DNA from: a virus
Taxonomy: Duplodnaviria > Heunggongvirae > Uroviricota > Caudoviricetes
Reading direction: 5' to 3' (one strand)
IMG/VR virus record: IMGVR_UViG_2778261674_000018
Span: 1 to 20,121 of that record
DNA length: 20,121 nucleotides
A model generated the notes under the pieces. The model was given only the letters and a program-made list of their open reading frames with translations. It was not told the origin of the DNA and ran no database searches. Made by a program: the position numbers and the translations under genes. Of the stretch, positions 7,850 to 16,294 are shown one piece after another. Positions within the stretch are counted from its first letter, which is position 1. Each line of letters opens with the position of its first letter.

Positions 7850-8395
7850 ATGGCTACGATCCCAACCTTTGTTCACCCTGAAATCACGATCATCAATGGT
7901 CGTGCTGTCACTACATCTCTTGCAGTTGCTAACTACTTTACTAAACGGCACGAGCGGGTTTTAGATAGAATTCGAAACCTTGAATGCTCCGCTGAATTTG
8001 CTGAACACAATTTTGTGTTAAGTGGTTATACCGACGCTTCAGGCCGCAAACTACCTTGCTATCAAATAACCCGCGATGGCTTTGCGTTTCTTGCTATGGG
8101 TTTCACGGGTAAACGTGCTGCCCAGTTCAAAGAGGCATACATCAATGCCTTTAACCAGATGGAGAAACAGCTTTCAAAGCCCGCTGTACCGAGCGACGTT
8201 GCACATAACGCCAGCGTTCTCTATTCCTACATTTCATCAATTCATCAGGTCTGGTTGCAGCAGCTTTATCCCATGCTGGAAAAAGCTGAATCACCTCTGG
8301 CTGTAAGTCTGTATGACCGAATTAACGATGCGGCATTTCTTGCCCGTCTTATTCATTCGTCTCTGAACTCTTCAGAGGTAAGGGGGCGCAAATGA
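7850..8395 (+). CDS. Rha-family phage regulatory protein
   Basis: MATIPTFVHPEITIINGRAVTTSLAVANYFTKRHERVLDRIRNL...YQITRDGFAFLAMGFTGKRAAQFKEAYINAF matches the Phage_pRha domain pattern. GAGG upstream of this internal ATG. The 7247 start of the track ORF is rejected. Confidence 0.7.
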   Translation: MATIPTFVHPEITIINGRAVTTSLAVANYFTKRHERVLDRIRNLECSAEFAEHNFVLSGYTDASGRKLPCYQITRDGFAFLAMGFTGKRAAQFKEAYINAFNQMEKQLSKPAVPSDVAHNASVLYSYISSIHQVWLQQLYPMLEKAESPLAVSLYDRINDAAFLARLIHSSLNSSEVRGRK

Positions 8396-8616
8396 TCCGG
8401 AATATTTTCAAACGATTTACCAATCAGACTTTCCGTTGTCCTCGCCCCGGTCAGTGGTACACCACGCCTGCAGGGCATGTTCTACGTGTTAGCCTGGTTG
8501 ACCGTGAATGTCAGAAGGTGGTTTGTGAACCGCTGGGCCGTAATTACCGCGTCAGTATGCCGCTTATAGCCTTTCGCTCCGGAAAAAACATGAAGCATCT
8601 CGGAGGTGCAGCATGA
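8392..8616 (+). CDS. Hypothetical 74-aa protein
   Basis: ATGA overlaps at both ends (coupled to Rha upstream and to the replication gene downstream). Confidence 0.45.
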   Translation: MIRNIFKRFTNQTFRCPRPGQWYTTPAGHVLRVSLVDRECQKVVCEPLGRNYRVSMPLIAFRSGKNMKHLGGAA

Positions 8617-9431
8617 GTATGGAGCTGATGGTTAAAGCGATGAAAATTCGAGTGGGTAATCCATTGCGAAAACTGGTTCTGATCAAGCTGGCTGATAATG
8701 CCAGCGATCAGGGTGAGTGCTGGCCCAGCTATCAGCATATTGCTGACCAGTGCGAGATTAGCAAACGTTCTGTGATGAATCATATTGCGGCCCTTTGTGA
8801 GTCCGGGCTGGTAAAAAAAGTCACCCGGAAAGGTGAAAAAGGTAACTCAAGTAATATCTATCTCCTTCATCTGGATGGTGCAGGAGATTCACTAGGGGGT
8901 AGTGCAAATAATTCACTATCTGGTGCAGCAAATTCACCAGGTAGTGCAGGAGTTGCACCAGGGGGTAGTGCAGGAGATTCACCCAGAACCAGTCACTCTT
9001 TTGAACCAGTCAAAGAACCAGTCAATGAACCAATAGCTGTTGGTGCATCAGTTGATGAGTCCGTGCGAGTTCGTTCAAACCGACCGGAATACTCTCCGGA
9101 GTTTGAGCAGGCATGGCTGGTATATCCCAAACGTGCTGGTGGCAATTCAAAATCTGCAGCCTTCAAAGCCTGGAAAGCCCGTTTGAATGAGGGAGTAAAC
9201 CCCGAAACCATGCTGGAAGGTGTGAAACGCTACGCGGGATGGGTATCTGCGATGGGTAACAGCGGCACACAATTTGTGAAACAGGCTGTCACGTTCTTTG
9301 GTCCGGATCGTCATTTCGAAGAATTCTGGGAAGTTCCTGCGGTATCTGCAGCCAGACGCGAGGACCCGTACTTCAAAGCCAGTTACGACAACGTGGACTA
9401 CAGCCAGATCCCGGCAGGATTCAGGGGGTGA
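8613..9431 (+). CDS. Replication initiation protein (N-terminal winged-HTH, lambda O-like organisation) containing an internal iteron array
   Basis: N-terminal HTH (LVLIKLADNASDQGECWPSYQHIADQCEISKRSVMNHIAALCESGLV). A central Gly/Ser-rich linker is encoded by directly repeated DNA. Position matches the replication module of lambdoid phages. Confidence 0.6.
   Translation: MSMELMVKAMKIRVGNPLRKLVLIKLADNASDQGECWPSYQHIADQCEISKRSVMNHIAALCESGLVKKVTRKGEKGNSSNIYLLHLDGAGDSLGGSANNSLSGAANSPGSAGVAPGGSAGDSPRTSHSFEPVKEPVNEPIAVGASVDESVRVRSNRPEYSPEFEQAWLVYPKRAGGNSKSAAFKAWKARLNEGVNPETMLEGVKRYAGWVSAMGNSGTQFVKQAVTFFGPDRHFEEFWEVPAVSAARREDPYFKASYDNVDYSQIPAGFRG
8880..9045 (+). repeat. Direct-repeat (iteron-like) array inside the replication gene; candidate origin
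   Basis: GAACCAGTCA three times (8987, 9003, 9016); caggagattcac twice (8881, 8971); gggggtagtgca twice (8895, 8960). Confidence 0.5.
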
Positions 9432-9433
9432 TC

Positions 9434-9799
9434 ATGAGTCTTTTGAATGACGTTCAGAAATTCATTGAAGCCCATCCGGGGTGTACTTCCGGAGACATTG
9501 CGGATGCTTTTGCAGGTTACTCACGGCAGCGCGTTCTGCAGTCAGCAAGCAAGTTACGTCAGAGTGGGCGTGTGGCTCACCGTTGTGAAGGAGATACACG
9601 CAGACATTTCTCGCGCCTGACTGAGAGAGCGCAGGAGCCGGAACCACAACCAGTTCGTGAAACCAGACCTGTGCGCAAGTTCTATGTCGGCACTAACGAC
9701 CCCCGGGTGATTTTGTGCCTGACCCGCCAGGCTGAAGAACTGGAGTCGAGGGGGCTTATACCGTCGTGCTGCAACGGTGTGGATGGCGGCATTCCGTGA
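9434..9799 (+). CDS. Hypothetical protein (about 121 aa)
   Basis: ATG preceded by GGGGG with a 5-nt spacer (the track starts at GTG 9428, overlapping the upstream stop). No confident family. Confidence 0.45.
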   Translation: MSLLNDVQKFIEAHPGCTSGDIADAFAGYSRQRVLQSASKLRQSGRVAHRCEGDTRRHFSRLTERAQEPEPQPVRETRPVRKFYVGTNDPRVILCLTRQAEELESRGLIPSCCNGVDGGIP

Positions 9800-9922
9800 A
9801 AGCCACTCCCAGCCAGAACGAAACAATTTTCTGGCGCGTCGTGAACGGTGTTTACGGAAAAGCAGTAAGCGGGCTGCATCAGGTGAAGAGTGGTATCTCT
9901 CAGGGAATTACGTGGGGGCTTA

Positions 9923-10576
9923 ATGAGTAATAAATATTGCCAGGCGCTGGCGGAACTGCGGAACAAACCAGCCCATGAACTGAAGGAAGTGGGCGATCAG
10001 TGGCGCACGCCGGACAACATTTTCTGGGGAATTAACACCCTGTTTGGCCCGTTTGTTCTGGATCTGTTCACTGACGGTGATAACGCCAAATGTGCTGCGT
10101 ATTACACGGCGGAAGACAACGCGCTGGCGCATGACTGGTCAGAACGCCTTGCGGAGCTTAAAGGTGCTGCCTTTGGTAATCCCCCATACAGCCGCGCCAG
10201 TCAGCATGAGGGGCAATACATCACCGGCATGCGTTACATCATGAAGCATGCCAGTGCCATGCGTGATAAAGGCGGGCGCTATGTTTTCCTGATCAAAGCT
10301 GCCACCAGCGAAGTGTGGTGGCCGGAAGATGCGGACCATATTGCTTTTATTCGCGGGCGTATTGGTTTTGAACTGCCTGCCTGGTTTATCCCGAAGGATG
10401 AGAAGCAGGTGCCGACAGGCGCTTTCTTCGCTGGTGCTATTGCTGTTTTCGACAAGACCTGGAAGGGACCGGCAATCAGCTACATCGGGCGCGATGAACT
10501 TGAGGCATGTGGTGAGGCGTTTCTGGCGCAGGTTCGCCAGCAGGCGGAAAAACTGGTCAGGGAGATGGCGGCATGA
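9923..10576 (+). CDS. Phage Dam-like N6-adenine DNA methyltransferase
   Basis: Catalytic NPPY motif (FGNPPYS) and overall resemblance to the phage N6-adenine-methyltransferase family. Start chosen at MSNKYCQ (RBS GGGGG); the track begins 11 codons earlier. Confidence 0.65.
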   Translation: MSNKYCQALAELRNKPAHELKEVGDQWRTPDNIFWGINTLFGPFVLDLFTDGDNAKCAAYYTAEDNALAHDWSERLAELKGAAFGNPPYSRASQHEGQYITGMRYIMKHASAMRDKGGRYVFLIKAATSEVWWPEDADHIAFIRGRIGFELPAWFIPKDEKQVPTGAFFAGAIAVFDKTWKGPAISYIGRDELEACGEAFLAQVRQQAEKLVREMAA

Positions 10577-10899
10577 CGACGTTAACTCAATGCCAGCAGC
10601 AGGTGCTGGATATGCTGATTTCTTACCAGCAAGAACGTGGCTTCCCGCCAACCAATCAGGAGGTGGCAACCATGCTGGGATACCGTTCAGTGAATGCAGC
10701 GGTGGAGCATCTTCGCGCACTGGAGAAAAAAGGCGTCATCACGATAAAGCGTGGCGTGGCACGGGGGATAACGCTTCATACCGCGGTGAAGGACGACGAC
10801 AGCGAGGCAGCCGGGATTATCCGCGCACTGCTTGCCGGTGAGGAAAACGCCAGACTGCGTGCAACCCACTGGTTACATGAGAGAGGCCTGAAAGTATGA
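10573..10899 (+). CDS. LexA N-terminal DNA-binding-domain-only protein (no S24 peptidase domain)
   Basis: MTTLTQCQQQVLDMLISYQQERGFPPTNQEVATMLGYRSVNAAVEHLRALEKKGVITIKRGVARGITL aligns closely with E. coli LexA residues 1-70 ([58 protein letters not shown]). Only 108 aa. ATGA coupling to the Dam gene. Confidence 0.6.
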   Translation: MTTLTQCQQQVLDMLISYQQERGFPPTNQEVATMLGYRSVNAAVEHLRALEKKGVITIKRGVARGITLHTAVKDDDSEAAGIIRALLAGEENARLRATHWLHERGLKV

Positions 10900-11285
10900 A
10901 GCTGATCCTGCCTTTCCCGCCCAGCGTGAACACGTACTGGCGACACCCCAACAAAGGGGCATTTGCTGGTAAGAGCCTGATAAGCGCGGCGGGGCGAAAA
11001 TTTCAGAGCGCGGCGTGCGCAGCAATAGTTGAGCAGTTACGTCGTCTGCCGAAACCAACGTCGGCACCTGCTTCAGTGGAGATCGTGTTGTTTCCTCCGG
11101 ATAACCGGATCCGCGATCTGGACAACTATAACAAGGCGCTGTTTGACGCCCTGACCCACGCGGGTGTGTGGGAAGACGACAGTCAGGTGAAAAGAATGCT
11201 GGTGGAGTGGGGACCGGTTATCCCGGAAGGGAAGGTCGAGATCACTATCAGTAAGTACGAGAAAACGGCGGGTGCAGCCGCCTGA
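10896..11285 (+). CDS. rusA: RusA Holliday-junction resolvase
   Basis: LPFPPSVNTYWRH...RDLDNYNKALFDALTHAGVWEDDSQV matches the RusA signature (PWPPSNNRYY...RDLDN...DALT). 129 aa. ATGA coupling upstream. Confidence 0.85.
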   Translation: MKLILPFPPSVNTYWRHPNKGAFAGKSLISAAGRKFQSAACAAIVEQLRRLPKPTSAPASVEIVLFPPDNRIRDLDNYNKALFDALTHAGVWEDDSQVKRMLVEWGPVIPEGKVEITISKYEKTAGAAA

Positions 11286-11304
11286 TTAAGAGGAGAAACG
11301 AAGT

Positions 11305-12114
11305 ATGAATAATCTGATGGTCATTGATGGTATTGAAGTTCGTCGTGATGCTTATGGGCGTTACAGCCTGAACGATCTGCATCGCGCAGCAGTAGCATCT
11401 GGTGCAAATGCCAGAACCAAGGAGCCGGGAAAGTTTCTTTCCAGCCAACAAACTGTTGAGCTTGTTCATGAATTGACCAACACCCAGAATTTGGGTGTTG
11501 ACCCGGTGAGTGTGATTCATGGGGGAAATGAACGGGGAACGTATGTCTGCAAGGAACTGGTGTATGCCTATGCAATGTGGATCAGCCCGTCATTCCATCT
11601 GAAGGTGATCCGTACTTTCGATATGGTAACCAGCGCACCGGAAAAATTATCCGGGCAGGCTGCTGACAAGATGCAGGCTGGTGTGATTCTGCTGGACTTT
11701 ATGCGTCGGGAATTAAACCTGTCTAACTCATCTGTGCTTGGTGCCTGTCAGAAACTCCAGGAGGCTGTTGGCTTACCGAATCTGGCACCGCGCTATGCCA
11801 TTGATGCTCCTGCTGACGCGTCTGATGGCTCAAGCCGCCCCACGCTATCATTGAGTGCACTGCTGAAGCAGTATGGTATCCGCCTGACAGCTAATCAGGC
11901 ATATCACCAGATGGCGAAGCTGGGGATCGTTGAACAACGTGAACGATACAGCCGCACTGCGATTAACAACATCAAAAAATTCTGGTCGCTGACAGCGAAA
12001 GGCTGCATGTTCGGCAAGAACATCACCAGTCCTGCAAATCCGCGCGAGACGCAGCCGCATTTCTTCGAATCCCGATTCCCTGAGCTGTTAAAGCTGCTCG
12101 ATACCGTTCATTGA
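11305..12114 (+). CDS. KilA-N domain protein (antirepressor-like)
   Basis: N-terminal KilA-N pattern ([13 protein letters not shown]...[26 protein letters not shown]). Strong RBS AAGAGGAGA. Confidence 0.65.
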   Translation: [269 protein letters not shown]

Positions 12115-12115
12115 G

Positions 12116-13111
12116 GTGACCGTGAGAGCACTACTGACCCCTGAAATTGCCCCGCGTATGGGGATCGTATTGTTCAGACCAGGTTCAGAGCTGATGCCCC
12201 TGTTTATGCAGGGGCGTGTCCTGCTGGAGCCTGAGCCGGAACGTTATTCATCTTTTGCCAGTGGTGCCGTTCCGGCGGCATCACAACCACTGGCGGATGA
12301 TCCTGCCGTTCGGGCCGTGTTCCGTAATGAGGCAGTGATCCGTCGTGCTGGTGGCGTGGAATGTCTTGAAAGCTGGTTACTTCGTGAAAAAGGCTGTCAG
12401 TGGCCTCATTCCGGCTGGCACAGCGAGAACATGACCACAATGCGGCATGCTCCGGGCGCAATCCGTCTGTGCTGGCACTGCGATAACCAGCTGCGCGATC
12501 AATTCACGGAACGGCTGGAATCAATGGCAACGGATAACTGTGCCCGCTGGGTGTTGTCTGTCGTGCGTCGGGATCTCGGTTTTGATGACAGTCACGTTGT
12601 GACAATGCCGGAACTGTGCTGGTGGCTGGTTCGTAATGACCTGGCGGATGCCTTACCGGAAAGCGCAGCCCGTAAGGCACTGAGATTACCGAAGCCTGTT
12701 GTGCCGTCTGTCACCCGGGAAAGTGACCTTGTGCCTTCGGTTCCTGCCACCAGCATCATCCAGGATAAAGCGAAAAAGGTGCTGGCGCTGAAAGTGGATC
12801 CGGAGTCGCCGGAGTCTTTTATGTTACGTCCCAAACGTCGCCGCTGGGTTAACGAAAAGTACACGCGCTGGGTTAAGACGCAGCCGTGTGCATGTTGTGG
12901 AAAGCCTGCAGATGATCCCCACCACCTGATAGGCCACGGTCAGGGTGGAATGGGTACAAAAGCGCATGACCTCTTCGTGCTGCCTTTGTGCAGAAAGCAT
13001 CACGACGAGCTGCATGCGGATACCGTGGTATTTGAAGAAAAGTATGGCTCTCAGTTGGAGCTGATATTTCGTTTTATCGATCGTGCGCTGGCAATTGGCG
13101 TGCTGGCCTGA
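12116..13111 (+). CDS. DUF968-like protein with C-terminal Cys/His (HNH-like) motif
   Basis: C-terminal CACCGKPADDPHHLIGHGQG...LCRKHHDELH. Similar in size and position to DUF968 proteins of enterobacterial prophages. The start may be the GTG at 12116 or 12122. Confidence 0.5.
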   Translation: MTVRALLTPEIAPRMGIVLFRPGSELMPLFMQGRVLLEPEPERYSSFASGAVPAASQPLADDPAVRAVFRNEAVIRRAGGVECLESWLLREKGCQWPHSGWHSENMTTMRHAPGAIRLCWHCDNQLRDQFTERLESMATDNCARWVLSVVRRDLGFDDSHVVTMPELCWWLVRNDLADALPESAARKALRLPKPVVPSVTRESDLVPSVPATSIIQDKAKKVLALKVDPESPESFMLRPKRRRWVNEKYTRWVKTQPCACCGKPADDPHHLIGHGQGGMGTKAHDLFVLPLCRKHHDELHADTVVFEEKYGSQLELIFRFIDRALAIGVLA

Positions 13112-13128
13112 TTTTGTGGAGAAAGTTG

Positions 13129-13506
13129 ATGCGTGATATTCAAATGGTTCTGGATCGTTGGGGAGCATGGGCGGCGAGTGATAGTTCAGGAGTAGACTAT
13201 TCTCCTATAGCTGCTGGGTTTAAAGGGCTTCTTCCCTATACAAGCAAAACACGTCAGGCATGTTCAGATAGTGATGCATTAATTATTGAAGGTTGTCTTG
13301 CTCGTCTAAGGCAAAAAAGGCCGGACGAACATTCGCTTCTTGTTGCCCATTACCTATACGGTATCTCTAAAAGAAAGCTCGCCAAGGCTCGTAAAAAGGA
13401 TGAGAAACTAATACGCATTGAGATACAGATGGCTGAGGGGTTTATTGATGGCTGCCTATCGATGCTGGAAATTAGTCTAGAGATGGACCCCGAAATTAAA
13501 GATTGA
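13129..13506 (+). CDS. Q-like late-gene antiterminator (small Phage_antitermQ type)
   Basis: MRDIQMVLDRWGAWAASD...IAAGFKGLLP resembles the short Q proteins of Salmonella/E. coli lambdoid prophages. It is the last early-right gene before the late region. RBS GTGGAGA. Confidence 0.6.
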   Translation: MRDIQMVLDRWGAWAASDSSGVDYSPIAAGFKGLLPYTSKTRQACSDSDALIIEGCLARLRQKRPDEHSLLVAHYLYGISKRKLAKARKKDEKLIRIEIQMAEGFIDGCLSMLEISLEMDPEIKD

Positions 13507-13512
13507 TTATTG

Positions 13513-13537
13513 AAGCCCGATTACTCGGGCTTTTGTT
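13513..13537 (+). terminator. Rho-independent terminator after Q
   Basis: aagcccga-ttac-tcgggctttt; overlaps the stop codon of the convergent gene on the - strand. Confidence 0.55.
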
Positions 13538-14540
13538 CCACATCTCGAACATAGAGAATTACTGCTGACTTAATGTCACCATCGACGTGTTTTGCGTTAA
13601 TGCTCAAATGTACAGGCTTTCTTTCCCACTCAGCTCGCTGCAATGCTTCTTTGTTTCCGGATTCATCAAGGAAAACATCCTGAACTACGCAGGTTAGACG
13701 TTGGTCGGTATCTACGCGTCGGACCTTAACTTTGAAACTCTCTGGGTCAGTATTATTGACTTCTTCAATTCGGTAAATACCATCAATCCTCATTTCTGAT
13801 GAACGTCTACGAGCATTCGTAACCAACTCTTTCGCCATTTCAGAATCAATAGTAACGCCATCAATTTGAGCGTTATCTGAACGCACAAAGGATTTGACCA
13901 TTTGGGTTTTAGCGTCATACGACATACGGTCCATGTTATCGAGAAGTGGTTTTTCCGCAATCATTTCTGAAATAACCCGCAGGCGTTTAGTTTCTTGCTC
14001 ACTCATGATCTGCATAGTCCGGAGATGTTCTTTCTCTCCATCCTTAGCAATTTCTGCAAGGCGAATATCTTTACGGTTGTCCAAGAACCGTTTAAATACT
14101 GTTACTCCGCCCCAGATGACTGCTGCGCCGAGAACAGTAAACATGATCTCAGTTGCGTTCATTTTACCAACAAGTTCCTGTGTGAGTTTGGTTAAAAAGC
14201 CATCAATGTTGATTTCTACTATTGAAGAACCCTGTTCTACCGTAACTTCTATTTCTAGGGCATCAAGTTCTTCTTTGGTCAGTTTGCGGACGTCAGGGAC
14301 ACCGTACTTGGCAAGGGCATATGATTTGTTGATTTGAGCTTGCATTTCAACAAATCCCTTCATAACTGAAGGTGTTAGCGATCTGTTGAATTTTTCACCG
14401 GTTAATCTGATGGTAAGGTTTGGCCATCCGTTGAAACTTAAACTGTCAGGTAAACCATAACCATCAAGATAGCTTTCAAGCAAATCGAAGGCTTGCTGCT
14501 CAGATTCAATGTCTACATGAATCTCATCAAACTTATCCAA
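13521..14540 (-). CDS. Membrane-anchored protein of unknown function (339 aa, one central TM helix)
   Basis: Long ORF, AT-rich, convergent to Q. Hydrophobic segment IMFTVLGAAVIWGGVTVF flanked by charged residues (KMNATE ... KRFLDNRKD). No family recognised. Confidence 0.6.
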   Translation of the reverse strand: MDKFDEIHVDIESEQQAFDLLESYLDGYGLPDSLSFNGWPNLTIRLTGEKFNRSLTPSVMKGFVEMQAQINKSYALAKYGVPDVRKLTKEELDALEIEVTVEQGSSIVEINIDGFLTKLTQELVGKMNATEIMFTVLGAAVIWGGVTVFKRFLDNRKDIRLAEIAKDGEKEHLRTMQIMSEQETKRLRVISEMIAEKPLLDNMDRMSYDAKTQMVKSFVRSDNAQIDGVTIDSEMAKELVTNARRRSSEMRIDGIYRIEEVNNTDPESFKVKVRRVDTDQRLTCVVQDVFLDESGNKEALQRAEWERKPVHLSINAKHVDGDIKSAVILYVRDVEQKPE

Positions 14541-14712
14541 AAATATGTCCTCATTCTAAGCCAATTGTCACCGTGAGGTTTGGCAACGCCTGCTTTATTT
14601 TTCGTTTTAAGCTGTGTGGCAAAAAAATAATGGAAAAACAGATAAAAATCACTAACGCGGTCCGCATTTTCTAGATTACTGTGTTAAGAGTGGTTACTTC
14701 GCCACACAACTT

Positions 14713-14740
14713 AAACCCGCCGCTGAGCGGTTTTTTTGTA
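14713..14740 (+). terminator. Candidate tR'-like terminator preceding the late genes
   Basis: Short GC stem (ccgc-tga-gcgg) followed by TTTTTTT. An upstream inverted repeat tgtgtggc (14614) / gccacaca (14701) could fold the intervening segment. Confidence 0.4.
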
Positions 14741-14835
14741 CCTGTAAACTTGGTGCAGCACAGTAAACACGCTGGTGGTCGTGAATACTGACTTTTTATC
14801 TTGCTGGCTTTTTATACAAGAGTTATTGGTATGTC

Positions 14836-15063
14836 ATGTTAACCAGAAGGGAAAAAGACATGCTAAAACAGCAAGATATGACAGAAACCGCCGCCGCAGT
14901 CCTTCATTTCTTACCTGCTGACAAGTGGGTAACGCCACGCATGATGACGAGAACTACCGGAGTAAGCGAAGCCCGGTGCCAGTTAATACTGACTCAGTTA
15001 GTTCTGGCGGGTCTGGCGAAGGATAACGGCGGGTACGGGAATAAATTCAGACGCTGCCAGTAA
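14836..15063 (+). CDS. Hypothetical 75-aa protein (alternative start at 14860)
   Basis: First ORF after the candidate tR'; no recognisable family. Confidence 0.4.
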   Translation: MLTRREKDMLKQQDMTETAAAVLHFLPADKWVTPRMMTRTTGVSEARCQLILTQLVLAGLAKDNGGYGNKFRRCQ

Positions 15064-15213
15064 TGGCGGTTTCCTGCTGTGAAAATGGGCGGCTGGTGGG
15101 TGTTGGTAGCACCTGCCAGCCATTCGCTCATGCTTACTGGTCACAAGCGAACCACGGCCCACTGCTTTAGCGCAAAAGCAGAGTGAGCCTACCAGAGTTA
15201 CGCTTACTGATCC

Positions 15214-16266
15214 ATGAAAAATACTGTAAAAATAAACAGTGTTGATTTAATCAACGCTGATTGCCTGCATTTTATTCAGTCCCTGCCTGATGATTCCATT
15301 GACCTGATTGTTACCGATCCGCCGTACTTCAAGGTGAAACCCAACGGTTGGGACAATCAGTGGAAAGGGGACGAAGATTACCTTAAGTGGCTGGACCACT
15401 GTCTGGCCCAGTTCTGGCGGGTGTTAAAACCTGCCGGAAGCCTTTACCTGTTCTGTGGGCATCGCCTGGCATCTGATATTGAGATCATGATGCGTGAACG
15501 TTTCAACGTGCTTAACCATATCATCTGGGCGAAGCCGTCCGGACGTTGGAATGGGTGTAATAAAGAAAGTCTGCGCGCATATTTTCCTGCCACAGAGCGC
15601 GTTCTGTTTGCTGAACATTACCAGGGGCCATATCGTGGCAAAAGTGACGGCTATGCGGCAAAAGAAAGGGAACTCAAACAGCACATAATGGCACCGCTGA
15701 TATCGTATTTCAGGGATGCTCGTGCCGAACTGGGTATAACGGCAAAACAAATTGCCGAAGCCACAGGTAAGAAAAATATGGTTTCCCACTGGTTTGGTGC
15801 CAGTCAGTGGCAGTTGCCGAATGAGGCTGACTATCGGAAGTTACAGGCACTGTTTTCCCGTATAGCGGCAGAGAAGTTTCAGGAACAACAACTGGAACAA
15901 CCACACCACCAGCTGGTGGCATCTTATGATTCACTAAATCGCAAATATTCTGAATTGCTGGATGAGTTTAAATCTCTCCGGCGCTATTTCTCCGTATCAG
16001 TCTCCGTGCCTTATACCGATGTCTGGATGCATAAACCCGTTCAGTTCTACCCGGGTAAACATCCGTGTGAGAAACCTGCGGATATGCTCCGGCAAATAAT
16101 CAATGCCAGTAGTCGACCTGGTGATCTGGTTGCTGATTTTTTTATGGGATCCGGTTCCACAATAAAAGCAGCAATGGCGCTGGGGCGTCGGGCCTTAGGT
16201 GTTGAGCTTGAGTCAGAGCGGTTTAACCAGACAGTGAAAGAGATAAACGAGCTGGTGGGGAAATAA
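15214..16266 (+). CDS. DNA methyltransferase, beta-class amino-MTase (N6-A or N4-C)
   Basis: Motif IV DPPY (VTDPPYF) lies N-terminal to motif I FxGxGS (FFMGSGST), the circular permutation typical of beta-class MTases. Confidence 0.75.
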   Translation: MKNTVKINSVDLINADCLHFIQSLPDDSIDLIVTDPPYFKVKPNGWDNQWKGDEDYLKWLDHCLAQFWRVLKPAGSLYLFCGHRLASDIEIMMRERFNVLNHIIWAKPSGRWNGCNKESLRAYFPATERVLFAEHYQGPYRGKSDGYAAKERELKQHIMAPLISYFRDARAELGITAKQIAEATGKKNMVSHWFGASQWQLPNEADYRKLQALFSRIAAEKFQEQQLEQPHHQLVASYDSLNRKYSELLDEFKSLRRYFSVSVSVPYTDVWMHKPVQFYPGKHPCEKPADMLRQIINASSRPGDLVADFFMGSGSTIKAAMALGRRALGVELESERFNQTVKEINELVGK

Positions 16267-16270
16267 TCTG

Positions 16271-16294
16271 GTGGCCACGTAGGTGGCCTTTTTA
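16271..16294 (+). terminator. Rho-independent terminator between the MTase and the lysis cassette
   Basis: ggccac-gtag-gtggcc followed by TTTTT. Confidence 0.5.

Noticed and set aside
8880-9045. Possible CRISPR array suggested by the short direct repeats
   Set aside because: Repeats are about 10-12 bp, irregularly spaced, inside a coding sequence and translate to a Gly/Ser linker; this fits iterons, not CRISPR repeat-spacer units.
10139-10720. 193-aa ORF on the - strand
   Set aside because: Antisense to the well-supported Dam-like methyltransferase and LexA-like gene; no independent signals.
10329-10841. 170-aa Arg-rich ORF on the + strand
   Set aside because: Alternate frame across the Dam-like and LexA-like genes, both of which have clear homology and coupling; the arginine richness is the usual off-frame artefact of GC-rich coding DNA.
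13894-14337. 147-aa ORF on the + strand
   Set aside because: Lies wholly inside, and antisense to, the 339-aa membrane protein gene; Ser/Ile-rich low-complexity translation.
15064-15213. Possible tRNA between Q and the late genes (as in some Stx phages)
   Set aside because: No T-loop-like GTTCGAATC/GGTTCRANYC element or cloverleaf-compatible pairing was found by eye.
15424-15789. 121-aa ORF on the - strand
   Set aside because: Antisense within the beta-class methyltransferase gene, which has both catalytic motifs in frame.
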